The notes beneath the pieces were generated by a model, which ran no database searches, had not been told where the DNA came from, and saw nothing but the letters and a program-made list of their open reading frames with translations. Below are positions 12,041 to 23,180 of a DNA stretch of 64,000 nucleotides, piece by piece (positions within the stretch are counted from its first letter, which is position 1; each line of letters begins with the position of its first letter). Both the position numbers and the translations under genes were made by a program. This stretch comes from Microbotryum violaceum (lineage: Eukaryota): positions 434,001 through 498,000 of the forward strand of contig CDLV01000013.1 of the NCBI GenBank assembly GCA_001244265.2, written 5' to 3'.

Positions 12041-12401
12041 GGTCGTGCTGGAATAGTGTCCTCGTCTGACAGGTTTGAATCCAAGTCGGATGCTGAATGC
12101 TTGGGCAGGTAGGGAGGCGTGTGGGGAGGCTAAGCGCACTAGCAGCCGGGGCAGACGGTACGCTACCCCTACAATGTAGGGATGACTTTCGCAATGTGGG
12201 GCGGGGCGGGGGGCGAACCGGCCCTGTCCCAAGTGCCGTGGTGGCAAACCCAGCAGATGTGGGCAGTGGCTCCTGCCTCGTTATGTTGAACATTCGTGGA
12301 ACCATGCACTGCGGTACCCCAGCCTTCGGCAACCAAAGATTCACTGGTTGGTTTTTCTGGTCAATGCACAGGGCGAGCTGCGCCAAGAGTCCTCTCTTAC
12401 A

Positions 12402-13380
12402 AACACCTGGAACACCTAATTAAGCATCACGCCGCTAGACGCAAATGAGTTTGAGACACCCGCAACTTGGCCCGAGTCCAGAGCCCACGCAAACCCCTCA
12501 CTTTGAGTGAATGTTGTTCCTCAAAGTCCCCTCTCGTCTCTCTGTCTCCCGATTGTCACATCTTCCCCCCAACTCCCTAAGCCACATTCTCACCATGTCG
12601 TTCGCCTTGGCCCACAATCGCCCCCTCGAAATCATGCATCTCTACTTCGACGACAAGCAAGAGGTAATGGCGACTTGCCTGCTCGCGACGAACGAGACCG
12701 TAGAACTAGTATCCGTTGTAAGCATCTCCGACAGGCGAGTCATCCTCCGGGCCTTCGCCCACGAGCTCCTGTGGTCCGTCATCCGCACCGTGTACTTCCT
12801 GGAAGTACTGCCAGTGATCTGGCATCACATTATTCAGACTATACGCACCGTCGTTCGAGGACCAGTCAATATGAACGCACGTCAAGCCCGCGACGACTTC
12901 GCTGATGCCGTCGCAGATACGAGCCATATCTCGGTGCAGTCGGACCGCGCCATGTCACATTTCCTGGCCACGATATCGTCCCCGTTGTCTCGTGCAAGCG
13001 TTATTGCTATTACGCGGGAGATGGGAGGCGTCGCCGCGGGCATCGCAAGGTAGCGATCTAACGGATACTAGTTCTACGGTCCCGTTCGTCGCGAGCAGGC
13101 AAGTCGCCATTACCTCTTGCTTGTCGTCGAAGTAGAGATGCATGATTTCGAGGGGGCGATTGTGGGCCAAGGCGAACGACATGGTGAGATTGTGGCTTAG
13201 GGAGTTGGGGGGAAGATGTGACAATCGGGAGACAGAGAGACGAGAGGGGACTTTGAGGAACAACATTCACTCAAAGTGAGGGGTTTGCGTGGGCTCTGGA
13301 CTCGGGCTAAGTTGCGGGGTGTCTCGGGATCGGAAACTACTCTGCGTCTAGCGGCGCGAGGCTTAGGTGTTCCAGGTGTT
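12402..13380. repeat. Long inverted repeat / foldback element: arms 12402-12717 and 13060-13380, spacer 342 bp
   Basis: The arms are reverse complements. The inner ~255 bp differ at about 3 positions by eye; the outer ~60 bp carry indels. Confidence 0.97.
12595..13053 (+). CDS. Orphan ORF (~152 aa from ATG 12595) spanning the left arm and spacer of the foldback
   Basis: CACCATG start context after a pyrimidine-rich leader; open to TAG at 13051-13053; no recognised family. Confidence 0.45.
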   Translation: MSFALAHNRPLEIMHLYFDDKQEVMATCLLATNETVELVSVVSISDRRVILRAFAHELLWSVIRTVYFLEVLPVIWHHIIQTIRTVVRGPVNMNARQARDDFADAVADTSHISVQSDRAMSHFLATISSPLSRASVIAITREMGGVAAGIAR

Positions 13381-13675
13381 CTACTTCAGACCAGCTCTGT
13401 GCCAGGTGCCAGGTCCAGCAAAAACTCGGTTATGGTTCTACTTTCCACACACTTCCGAAACTGACTGTATACACGCGAAAGTTCTACAACACGGGCAAAG
13501 GTGAAGAAGTCTCTCGTCAAGAAATGCGAAACGAACAAAAGGGGGAACACGAGACGGGTCGGTTCGCGAGAGTGGGGGAAAAGGAGACAGTGTCGGGTCG
13601 AGGGGGACGGGCGGCCGGGGGGGGGGGGGCCGCTCGGAATAAGGGGGAAGAGCGCCAAGGTCGCATACGTAGAAA

Positions 13676-16600
13676 TCAGTCGTCGTTCAAGTACGAGCTC
13701 CAGTCGTCCTCGTCGGCGATCGCAGTCGTGGCCGCGGGAGCAATGGTCGTGCTGGCACTAGCCCACTCATTTTGAGCCGAGAGTGGGCTTTGAGACGGCC
13801 AAGCCCCACCGAGCGTGGATGACATTGCATTTCCGTTGAACGACCCACGTCCAAGCATCGCGTTGGCGCCGGCACCGGCGATGAAAGGCGAAGGTGATCC
13901 TTGCTGTTGTTGTTGTTGCTGCTGCTGCTGTTGCTGTTGCTGAAGTTGTTGTTGTTGGCGCTGCTGCTGCTGTTGCTGCTGTTGCTGCTGCTGCTGTTGC
14001 TGTCGAAGCAGCATCTGCTGTTGCTGTTGCACCATCGCCAGCTGGGCGTTCTTCTGCTGAGCCATGCCGGTCATTCCTTGATTCTGGCCCAAGAGCTGTC
14101 GGTGAAGAACGACCAAATCAACAAAAAGCCTCGGACCAACGATACACGTGCCCGCAAATCAACTTACTTGTGAAGGACTACCGGCAAGGTATTGATTCGG
14201 CGCCTGCGTTTGGAACATGCCAGGCGATCCGTTTTGGGCGAGTCGTTGGCGAGCTTGCAGCTGCATTGTCAATATTTCAAGCTTAGTATCGAAAACACCT
14301 CCGAGGTCAGAAGCACGCAAGCTTGCACTCACCTGAGCAAGTTGCATAGCCTGCTGATGAGTAAAGGTCTGCTGCTGTTGCTGCTGCTGCTGTTGCTGGA
14401 ACTGCATTTGTTGCTGTTTTCCGGCGAGCCTCGAGTCAGCGCACAACCACGGTCGAAAAGGGGTTCATTCACCAGGTACTTACGATGGCAAATTGCTGCT
14501 GTTGCTGCTGGGTCAAGTTCTGCTGCTGTGACTGCTGTTGGGCGGCCGCCTGAGCTTGTTGTTGTTGAGCTGTGACGGCAGCTGCCGCTTCCGCAGTCGC
14601 CTTGGCCTTCTCGGCTATCTCAGCGTCCTCCTTCTTCTTCTTTTCGGCTTCCTCCTTGGCCTTGCGTTCCTTTTCCTCGGCCTCCCTTTGCTTCTTCGTC
14701 TGGCGCTTCGGCTTGGGTTTGGTTGGTGCGGGCGTCGAAGGAGGAGCAGGGGATACCTTGTTCGTCAACGCGGAGGGCGAGTCGACGGCACCACCAGTGA
14801 GTCCCGTGTTGCGAGGCGTGGGCGCTGAGGCGTAAGGGCTTTGAGCAGGGAAGATTGCGGATCCGCTTGCAAGAGCGGAGTACGCCGGTGAAGGTGCAGC
14901 AGAGAAAGCGGCCGGAGAGGCATGCTGCGGCGAAGGTGCGGTCGGAGGTCGCGTTCCAGTAGCGAAAGGCGAACTATGGGACTGAGCTGAAGGAGTCGGT
15001 GTCTGGTGCAGAGGGAGGCTACCGGGTGTAAAGGGCGAAGAAGCCGGGGCAGAACCAGGCGCAGGTCGTTGGGGCGGATAACCGAACTGCGAGGGAGTGC
15101 CCGGTTGCCCGGCGCCTTGACTTGCTGCAGCCTGTTGGTAGGCCATCATCGCCGCATTCTGCTTTTGCTGCAACAGATTCTGCGATTGGGCGTAGACTGC
15201 AGGTGAACCGGAACGCATTTGGAGCTGCTGCTGCTGAGCCAATCTGGGAAGTCGAATCGAAAGAGTCAGTCCCAACTACCGTGAAGTACTTTCAAGTCGG
15301 CAGTGGACCAGAACTCACTGCTCTCGAAAGTATGCACTGCCCGAAGTCTCAGCGCCGGGAGGACCGCCTGCTGGTGGACTCGGAGCGTAAGGCGAGTTGT
15401 TGGTCTGCCTCAACTGCGCATGTTGCAATTGCGGGCTCTGACCGAAGGGTGGCGATCCGGCCCTGCCGAGCGAGTTGTTCTGCTGCTGCTGTGCCGCTTG
15501 CTGCTGTTGTTGTTGCGCCACCTGTTGTTGCAGCTGCTGTAGCGTCAACGCGGACGGGCCATTGTTCCCCATCCCCGGTGCTCCCATCAATCCCTGAGGG
15601 CGAGCTCCGGCCTGCATCTGTTGCTGCTGCTGTTGAGCAAGCCTCGCGTTTTCCATCGAAGTTGCCTGGAGCTGGTACAGTAGAGCTTGCGCGTTGCGTT
15701 GGATCATCTCTTGCACGTGCGGCGGGAGTTGTCGGAAAGACGCGGCCGACATGATAGCCTGAAGGGACGCGTACTGCTCGGCCGGTGGTCGATGATCGTT
15801 TGCGGAGCCTGGCATAACGGGACCGTTTTGGGTCTGCTGCTGCTGCTGCTGCTGTTGTTGTTGTTGCTGCTGCTGCTGCTGTTGTTGTTGCTGCTGCTGC
15901 TGGCCTGGGTGAGGAGACTGGGACGGGCCTGGCGGCGGAGGAGGCAACGGTCGACCAGGCGTTGGCGCGTTCAGATAAGACGAAGGCGGTGGCATAGAGA
16001 ATGTCGAGTTGCCCAGATCCGAGTACGAGCCAGGAGAAGCGACATGGGCGTGTTGGCTGAGCGCCGACATCGGACGAGTAAAACCGGGGCCTGGAGTCGC
16101 TGATCCTTGGCGATTGGGAATCGGCGGAACTCGTCGAGCTTGTGCTGCAGGTGACCCTATGGCTTGCTGCTGCGCCTGTTGCTGCTGAGCCTGTTGCTGC
16201 TGAGCCTGTTGCTGCTGAGCCTGTTGCTGCTGAGCCTGTTGATGTTGCGCCTGCTGTTGCTGGGCCTGCTGCTGGGCCTGCTGAGTCTGTTGCTGCATCT
16301 GCTGCTGCCGCTGCATCGCGTTCACCGCACTTTGCTGAGCCTGCGCCTGAGCTTGAGCCTGTTGAGCCTGAGCCTGCGCTGCTGCCTGAGCGGCCGCTTG
16401 GTACTGTTGGAACTGCTGCTGCTGATTTGCCATATGCTGCTGGCGAAGGTAGCTCTGCTGTTGCGGGGTGAGCTGGGCAAAGTGCTGGGCCTGGACCTGC
16501 GGTGGCATTTGGAGATGTGACGGAATCGAGTTGGGATTCCCGAGAGATGCTGGAGGCGCATTGCCTACGAACGGCGGTTGAGACTGCGAGGGATGGCGTT

Positions 16601-18773
16601 GAAGAGGTGCTTGATTACCCATGGGCGACGCTTGAGCTCCTGCGAAGGCGATTGACGATCCGTTGACTGCTGCAGGTCCACGTGCTTGAACAGCAGGCGA
16701 CATTCCCGTCGTAGGCGGCAAATTCGTTGCAGTACCTGCCGGGCTTGCGGATGGGCCTACCGGCGCGATAGTCGACGTGGACGTGGTATTCGAAACAGTC
16801 GGCAGAGATGCAGGCGCTCGAGCAGGGGACCCAGTCTGAAAGGGAGCAGCACTCGACAGCTCGGGCTTGATCGCAGGGGTAAATGCTGAGCCTGATCGTT
16901 TCGGTGGACTCTCCTCGGCATCCGTATCGATGGCTCGTTTGCCGTTGAGGTTGACGACACCTTGCATCGCGTTTGACGTGAATACCGGGCCGTTGGCAGG
17001 CTGAAGAGCGGCGTTGGGCAAAGTCGGCGCCGGTAGAGGCTGCGAGGCGACCGCCGTGCTTGGAATGAGCGCGTTCTTCTGAGCTTGCTGCTCATATCGG
17101 TCGGCCGCAGCGAAATAGGCCTTGAGCGTCGAATATAGCTGTGCCAGTCGCGGTCCGAGCTTGGGGGTTGGCGGACTTTCAAGAATCGGGCATGGAGGGA
17201 TCGGCAAAGGTCCATCGCGGATCGAAGCTTGCTCGGCCATGGCGGACAGGTAGGCGATATTGGACTGCAGGCGCTGCGTCAAGGCCCCGTGCTCGATCGG
17301 ATCCATGGGCCCGCTCTTTTGCAGCTCGCATGCGATCCTACAGAAGTCAAAGTCGAGTCAGCTCAAGAGTTGCCGTGATGAAGTCTGTTGGGAAGAATTG
17401 CCACATACTTGACCAATTCGACGTTTAGAGCCAGCACGCACGACACCTTATGACCATTGAAGCGACGGCGAACCTCCTTTGGCGCCATAGCTTGCACGTT
17501 GGGGGGCATCACCAGCGGTCCGGGCAGAGGAGGCGATTGCTTCACCGGTTTTCCCGACGAGTCGGACTCTAGGCCGGCGGCCGAGCCAGACCCTGCGATC
17601 ACTTCAGCCGATTTGGGCGGCGCTTCATTTGCTGCCGCAGGAGGCGACCCAGCTTTCGTAGATTTGGCTGGTTCACTGCTTGCAGCTGCGTCGATCTGAA
17701 TGTTACTCAAAGCGTTCGTGCCTGCTGGCTCGATTGCGTCTGCAGTATGGTCGCTAGGCTTCTCCTGATCGGCACTGACGGCTTCCAGGGTCGTCCTCGA
17801 CGTTTTAGGAGCAGTCCGGGTCGCATCGGCCCTGGAGGCTTCCGCGTCGGCCGAAGATACCGGTACCGGGTCGGTAGAAGCGTCAGGGGTCACGGCCGGT
17901 ATCGTCGCTGGCGCGCTCGGTTGCTCGTCTTCTGGGATGATGTCGGCAACAATAGATTCTGTCGTCGCACCTTCATCGTCGTCCATAGTCAGAGGAAATT
18001 TTGTTGCTTCTACGACTTTCGTATTCGGGATTGGATCTTTTGTCACGATGCCCTCGAATGGAGTGGGTACTGAGGAAATCGGAGGAGTCAGCATTTTCAC
18101 GCCGACTTGGTCTGTTCATAATCTCCTAGCAGCTGGAGCTAACATGACTCACTCGGCTCATCTTTGGCCGATTGCCGTGCCACTCCATCGAGCTCAGCGA
18201 CATTTCCTTTATCCTGCTTCGGATCGGTGAGATTATCCGTAGCTTTTGGTATCGTGTCCGTAGTCGTTGCGGTCGTCAGCAGCGAAAATTCTGCCTGCTC
18301 TAGCGCCGCAGGCGGTTTGGGAACCGGTTCCTCGTCCTTTACCGAACGTGCCGTCGATAGTGTAGGTTTGGGGGCAGGCGGTGCGCCTGTACACGCCTCA
18401 TCCACTTGAGGTGAAGCTTTTGGTGACGGGACGGGCCGTTCCGGCTTCGGTTCAGACTCCGTTTGCCTGGGTGCTGCCGGGGGTTCCTCTTCGATCGCGG
18501 GTTCGACCGAGGTAACGTCGGAAGCCCGAGGTACCGGTGCCAACGCCTCCGAAGACTCTGGCTCGTACGGTGATGCGTCTTCTGGCCCAGCAAGTATCTC
18601 GACAATGGGAGCATCCTCTCCTGCCCGGACTTGCTCGGACGCGCCCACGGTCTCGTATTTGGGCTGCGACTCCAAATCATCGGCGAGAGAGGCGGGCTCT
18701 GCTGTAGGGGGTTCGGGCACTGGTTCAGTGAGGGTGGAAAGGGTTGACGGATCGGACGAAGAGACCAGGGCAG

Positions 18774-18804
<31 letters not shown>

Positions 18805-19482
18805 CTTGACTGCGGCTGCTGAGGGTGGTGGGGGTGAGGGTGGATCGATGCTCGCCGCGCTTGGACCGACTGGCTCTTCTTCAAGGATCAAGTCCGTCGC
18901 TCGCGGTAGATCGATCAACGAAGGGTGATTCTGTTCGGGTATTGTTGGGTCGACTTGTTCTATGATGAGACGCGTGTCGAGTTCGGGTTGCGATGGCTCC
19001 GGTGTGAGGGCCTGGTCGTCTTGGGTTTGCTCAGTCTGCTCCTCGTGCTTGATCGTCTCATCGCCGTCCTCGTTTGTCTCGTCGTGACCGTCGTTGCCGT
19101 CTTCGTCGTCCGACTCTTGGATCGGATCAGGTTGATCTGCGGGGGCCAGACTGGCGGCTCTGCTACGCGTGATCCTCGTCGTCCCCGGTGACGGATCCCT
19201 GGAACGGGTCGAGGTCGGAATCGAGTTCGAGTTCGAAGTCGAGGGGCTGCGACTGGCCGTCCTTGAGGCCGTCGTTGCTGCTGGCGGGTGGGCATGGTTC
19301 GACGACGACGGCACCTGTGACAACGATCGCGTATTGCGTCGTGTCGTAGTTGATGAGTCAATCGTCGTGGCAGAGGTCAAGGCCGTGCTCGTGTTTGTTG
19401 TCGTAGCGGTGCTCGCGGTCGTCGTTGCTGGGGTGGCCAGGGCTGCACTCGGTTCCCGCGACGCGCCTCGTGAGTGTGGCAT
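13676..19482 (-). CDS. Large low-complexity, polyglutamine-rich nuclear protein with an SSXT/SS18-like motif, multi-exon
   Basis: Collinear minus ORFs (18139-19482, 17363-18100, 15315-17306, 14469-15275, 14159-14446, 13676-14116) separated by intron-sized gaps. VLALNVEL...QRLQSNIAYLSAMAE resembles the SSXT helix pair. Multiple polyQ tracts. Confidence 0.65.
13901..14030. repeat. CAG/CAA trinucleotide tract (coding polyQ); similar tracts near 14370-14410 and 15835-15903, and a 15-bp QQQAQ repeat near 16170-16265
   Basis: (TGC/TGT)n runs on the plus strand within the Q-rich gene. Confidence 0.9.
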
Positions 19483-20497
19483 TGTTGCTTGCAGCGGGCG
19501 GCCGAGCTGCGACTCCGCTCCTGCTGGTCACGGGCTGCTGCTGGCTGGGATTCGGGATCGCGGGTCGGAAGGGGGTCGTACGAAGCTCAGTCGACGCAAG
19601 CTCGCCTCGCCCGCCGCGTCAGACAGGACGAGTCGGTCCTAGGGTCGAGTTGTACGTTTCTCGCGCCCCGGTGGTCGTTCCAACACCAGCCGAGATGTCA
19701 GGAGAGCGTGAGACAAGGCGTGAGCTCTCGAGGCCGTGAGGCCGCGTGAGGCGACGCGCGCGCTCGACTCGACTCGAGACTTGCGATGGGCGTTGCAGTC
19801 AATTTGTGGCCTCAACGACGGCACCAGCTCGCACGGACCGCTTCCCTGCCCTGTTCCTGCTTAGCTGAGCACGCTAGGAGCTGCCTCAGCCGCACCGAAG
19901 AGGGAACAAGTGTCGTCGACAAAGACCAGTTTCAAACCGAGCTCTGGAAATCGCCCATGGTCGGTCGGCTTTGAAAGTTGAACGGACGTTGGCAGTCCAT
20001 GAACGCGCATACATCCACCTGCAATAAGCTCGAGCTCGGCGAATCATCCGGAGAACCCATCGAGCTCGAGCCCCGGAGTCAATTCATTATCCTATCGCCG
20101 CGCTTCTTCCGGCTCCGATGGCGAAGATCGACAGCCTAGCGACTCGGATGTCCAGCACTAGCTGGTGGTGTCTCTTCGAGGGCGTTCGATCGATCAGGAT
20201 TCGGAGACCACGAATGAATTTGCGAATCATCAACTCTACGCATCCAGTACGGTACCTGGGTGACACAACGCGGCAAGTCCTCGGCGCTCGAATAATATGC
20301 GAGCTGGATTCCTGAGCTGGATTCCAATTGGTTTCTTTTTTGTGCGGCGCGCGATCGTCACGTCCTGCGCTGTCCTGCGCTGTCCTGCGTCATCGACACG
20401 GCCGAGGCGCGATTTCAGCTTCATCCACTTGCCTCTTCTCTCTGCGCGTAACCGATCGCAACTCGTCGGTCATCAACACGGCTCGGACGTGAAGACG

Positions 20498-23019
20498 ATG
20501 CTATCACGTCAGTTATCGAGCATCTCACGACTTGCGCGACCAGGTCGCTCATCGTCGGGTGTGCTGCAGCGCCCTCTGTCGTCGCTGTCGTTGCCCCTTC
20601 ACGCGAGTCGGAGCAATCGCCCGAGACTACCGGTCGCCGTCGTCAGCCGAGCTTCATCTCAATCGCTCCTCAGCTCACCCACACCGCTTCCACGGCCGAC
20701 ATGGTACGGCAAAACGTTCTCGACGATTAGAGCGACAGGCAGCAAGAACCATGACCATGGCCGTGGTCACCAGTGGAAACAAACCGAGTCGTCGTCCGAG
20801 TCGTCGTCGTCATGGCGATGGTCTCTGATCCCGATCCTGCTCGCTGGATCGTCACCACTCTTATTGGAGTCGCACCACTCCCACGACCACGTCTCAACCT
20901 CTAAACCCTCGCTCAAGTCAATCAAGGAGAACATCGACCACCCGGAAGAGTCCGAGTTCCTCGTGGCCGATGGCGATTCGCCGTCAACGTCCAAGCGGCC
21001 ACTGACGCTGTTGGGCAGGATCGGCCGCTTCTTTGTGCTCTACGTCTTTGAGCCCATCAGCACCACCGGCCGCTTCATTCACCTCGCAATTCTGTTCCTC
21101 CCCGTCATCCTCAGTGCGCCCGTGTTGATGCTCGAGGTGCTCGACAGCGGCCGCGACAAGCGGAGAGTATTCAAGAAGAAGGAAGGACCAAGGCTCACAA
21201 CCAGTTGGTGGTATTGGTTCCTCGTGCACCAGATGGAGATGGCCGGTCCCACATTCATCAAGGTACGTTGCTTTGTCTCAATATACAGCTCATCTGAAGA
21301 AACTTTGGTGACACTCCCCAAAATTTTAGCTCGCCCAATGGGCCGGATCCAGGACCGACTTGTTCCCGTCCGAGCTGTGCGAGCTCTTTGGCAAACTCCA
21401 CTCCAACGGAAAACCCCACTCGTTGCGATATACGAAACGCGTCATCGAGCAGGCATTCGGCCGACCCTTTTCCGAGATCTTCCTCGAATTCGGAGAGAAG
21501 CCGATGGGCATTGGCGCGATCGCTCAAGTGTACAAGGCCACCATCAACCCTGATTTGCTCCCCGACGATTACCTCGACCCCAAACACGAGAAAGACCCTT
21601 CAATGACGTCCGTCGTCACGCGCACCATCACCCCTCGACCCGATGACCTGCGACCTCCCAAGATCCCTTCCTCCGCCGTCGCGATCAAGGTTTTGCACCC
21701 TGACGTCGAAAAGATGATTGCGAGGGATCTCAAGATCATGATGTTCTTTGCCCGAGTGCTTAACGTCCTTCCCGGCATGGAGTGGCTGTCGTTCCCGGAG
21801 GAAGTGCAGGTCTTTGGGCAGATGATGATGTCCCAAATCGACCTCCGCATCGAGGCCAACAACCTGCAGACGTTCGAGAACAATTTTCGTCATCGACCGA
21901 CCGTTTCTTTTCCCCGTGCGCTGAAAAAGTACACGAGCAAAAGGGTTCTTTTCGAAGAGTTTGAAGACGCCGTCCCTTTGGAAGCCTTCTTGAACAAGAC
22001 GGGAGGAGCCTTCGATCACCGGCTAGCGAACCTCGGCCTCGACGCTTTCCTCCACATGTTATTGATCGACGACTTTTCGCACGCCGATTTGCACCCGGGA
22101 AATATCATGGTCAAATTCTTCAAGCCGACGACCAAGTCGATGCTGTCCAATTGGTTCCCCTCCCTATTCGGCAAACCCTCACACGACTCGGCCGGCACGG
22201 CTGATGATATTGAGATCGTCCACAACATCCGCGAATTCTCGAAGAAACCCGCGCCCGAATTCCATGCCGAGCTCGCACGGCTGGACGCGGAAGGCTATCA
22301 GCCCGAATTGGTCTTTATCGATGCCGGGCTCGTCACTCGGCTCGACGGGCAGAACCGGCAAAATTTCCTCGACCTCTTTTCCGCCGTGGCGCGCTTTGAC
22401 GGCTACGAGGCCGGTCGGCTGATGGTCGAACGGTGTCGTGCGCCCGAGCTCGTCATCGACGAGGAACAATTCGCTCTACGGATGCAACACCTCGTGCTGA
22501 GCGTCAAGTCGCAGACCTTCTCGTTGGCGAACATCAAGATCGCGGATGTCTTATCCGAGGTGCTGAACAACGTCCGAAGACACCACGTCAAGATGGAGGC
22601 TGACTTCGTCAACACCGTCATTTCGATCTTGTTGTTAGAAGGGATAGGGCGACAGCTGGACCCGGGTATGGATCTGTTCAAGTCTGCTTTACCTATCTTG
22701 AGGCAGTTGGGTACGACGATGAGTACAGAGCAGATGAGACAGGGAGCAGGTGACTTGGGCCTTGGTGGACTGGGTACGATGCTCAAGGTTAGTTCAAGCT
22801 CATTCGACAGATCTGACGACAGCAGCTGATTCGATGGCGCCAAAACCTCACAGGTCTGGGTATGGATCGAGGCGAGGCAGATGGCCGAGTTGGCCGTCAA
22901 GGACGTGGACCAACTGATAAGATATGACTAGTGAGTTTCCTCTAGCACTGTCTTCACACCGTGTTATTGTTCAGCTTGCTGACCACGCTCTCTCCTTAAG
23001 CCTGATGCCGAATGTTTAG
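20498..23019 (+). CDS. ABC1/UbiB atypical protein kinase (ADCK2/Cqd1-like), mitochondrial
   Basis: AGPTFIK|LAQWAGSRTDLFP, GIGAIAQVY, VAIKVLHP, DLRIEANNL, HADLHPGNI, FIDAGLV, LLLEGIGRQLDP; presequence-like N-terminus. Confidence 0.92.
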
Positions 23020-23180
23020 AGCGTGGCATGTATTCGGATGAAATGATAGATGATGAGGGTAACCGTCCGGGTATCCTGTATCTAGTACGTTTGTTTGTAA
23101 TAACAATGATGACTTTTTAGATTGCACCACCCGTTGTCCAAAAAGAGGTGAAGAGCAGTCGTGAACTTTTCCCTCCACGT

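Noticed and set aside
13894-16520. Poly-Leu/poly-Ala plus-strand ORFs
   Set aside because: Antisense readings of CAG/CAA polyQ tracts.
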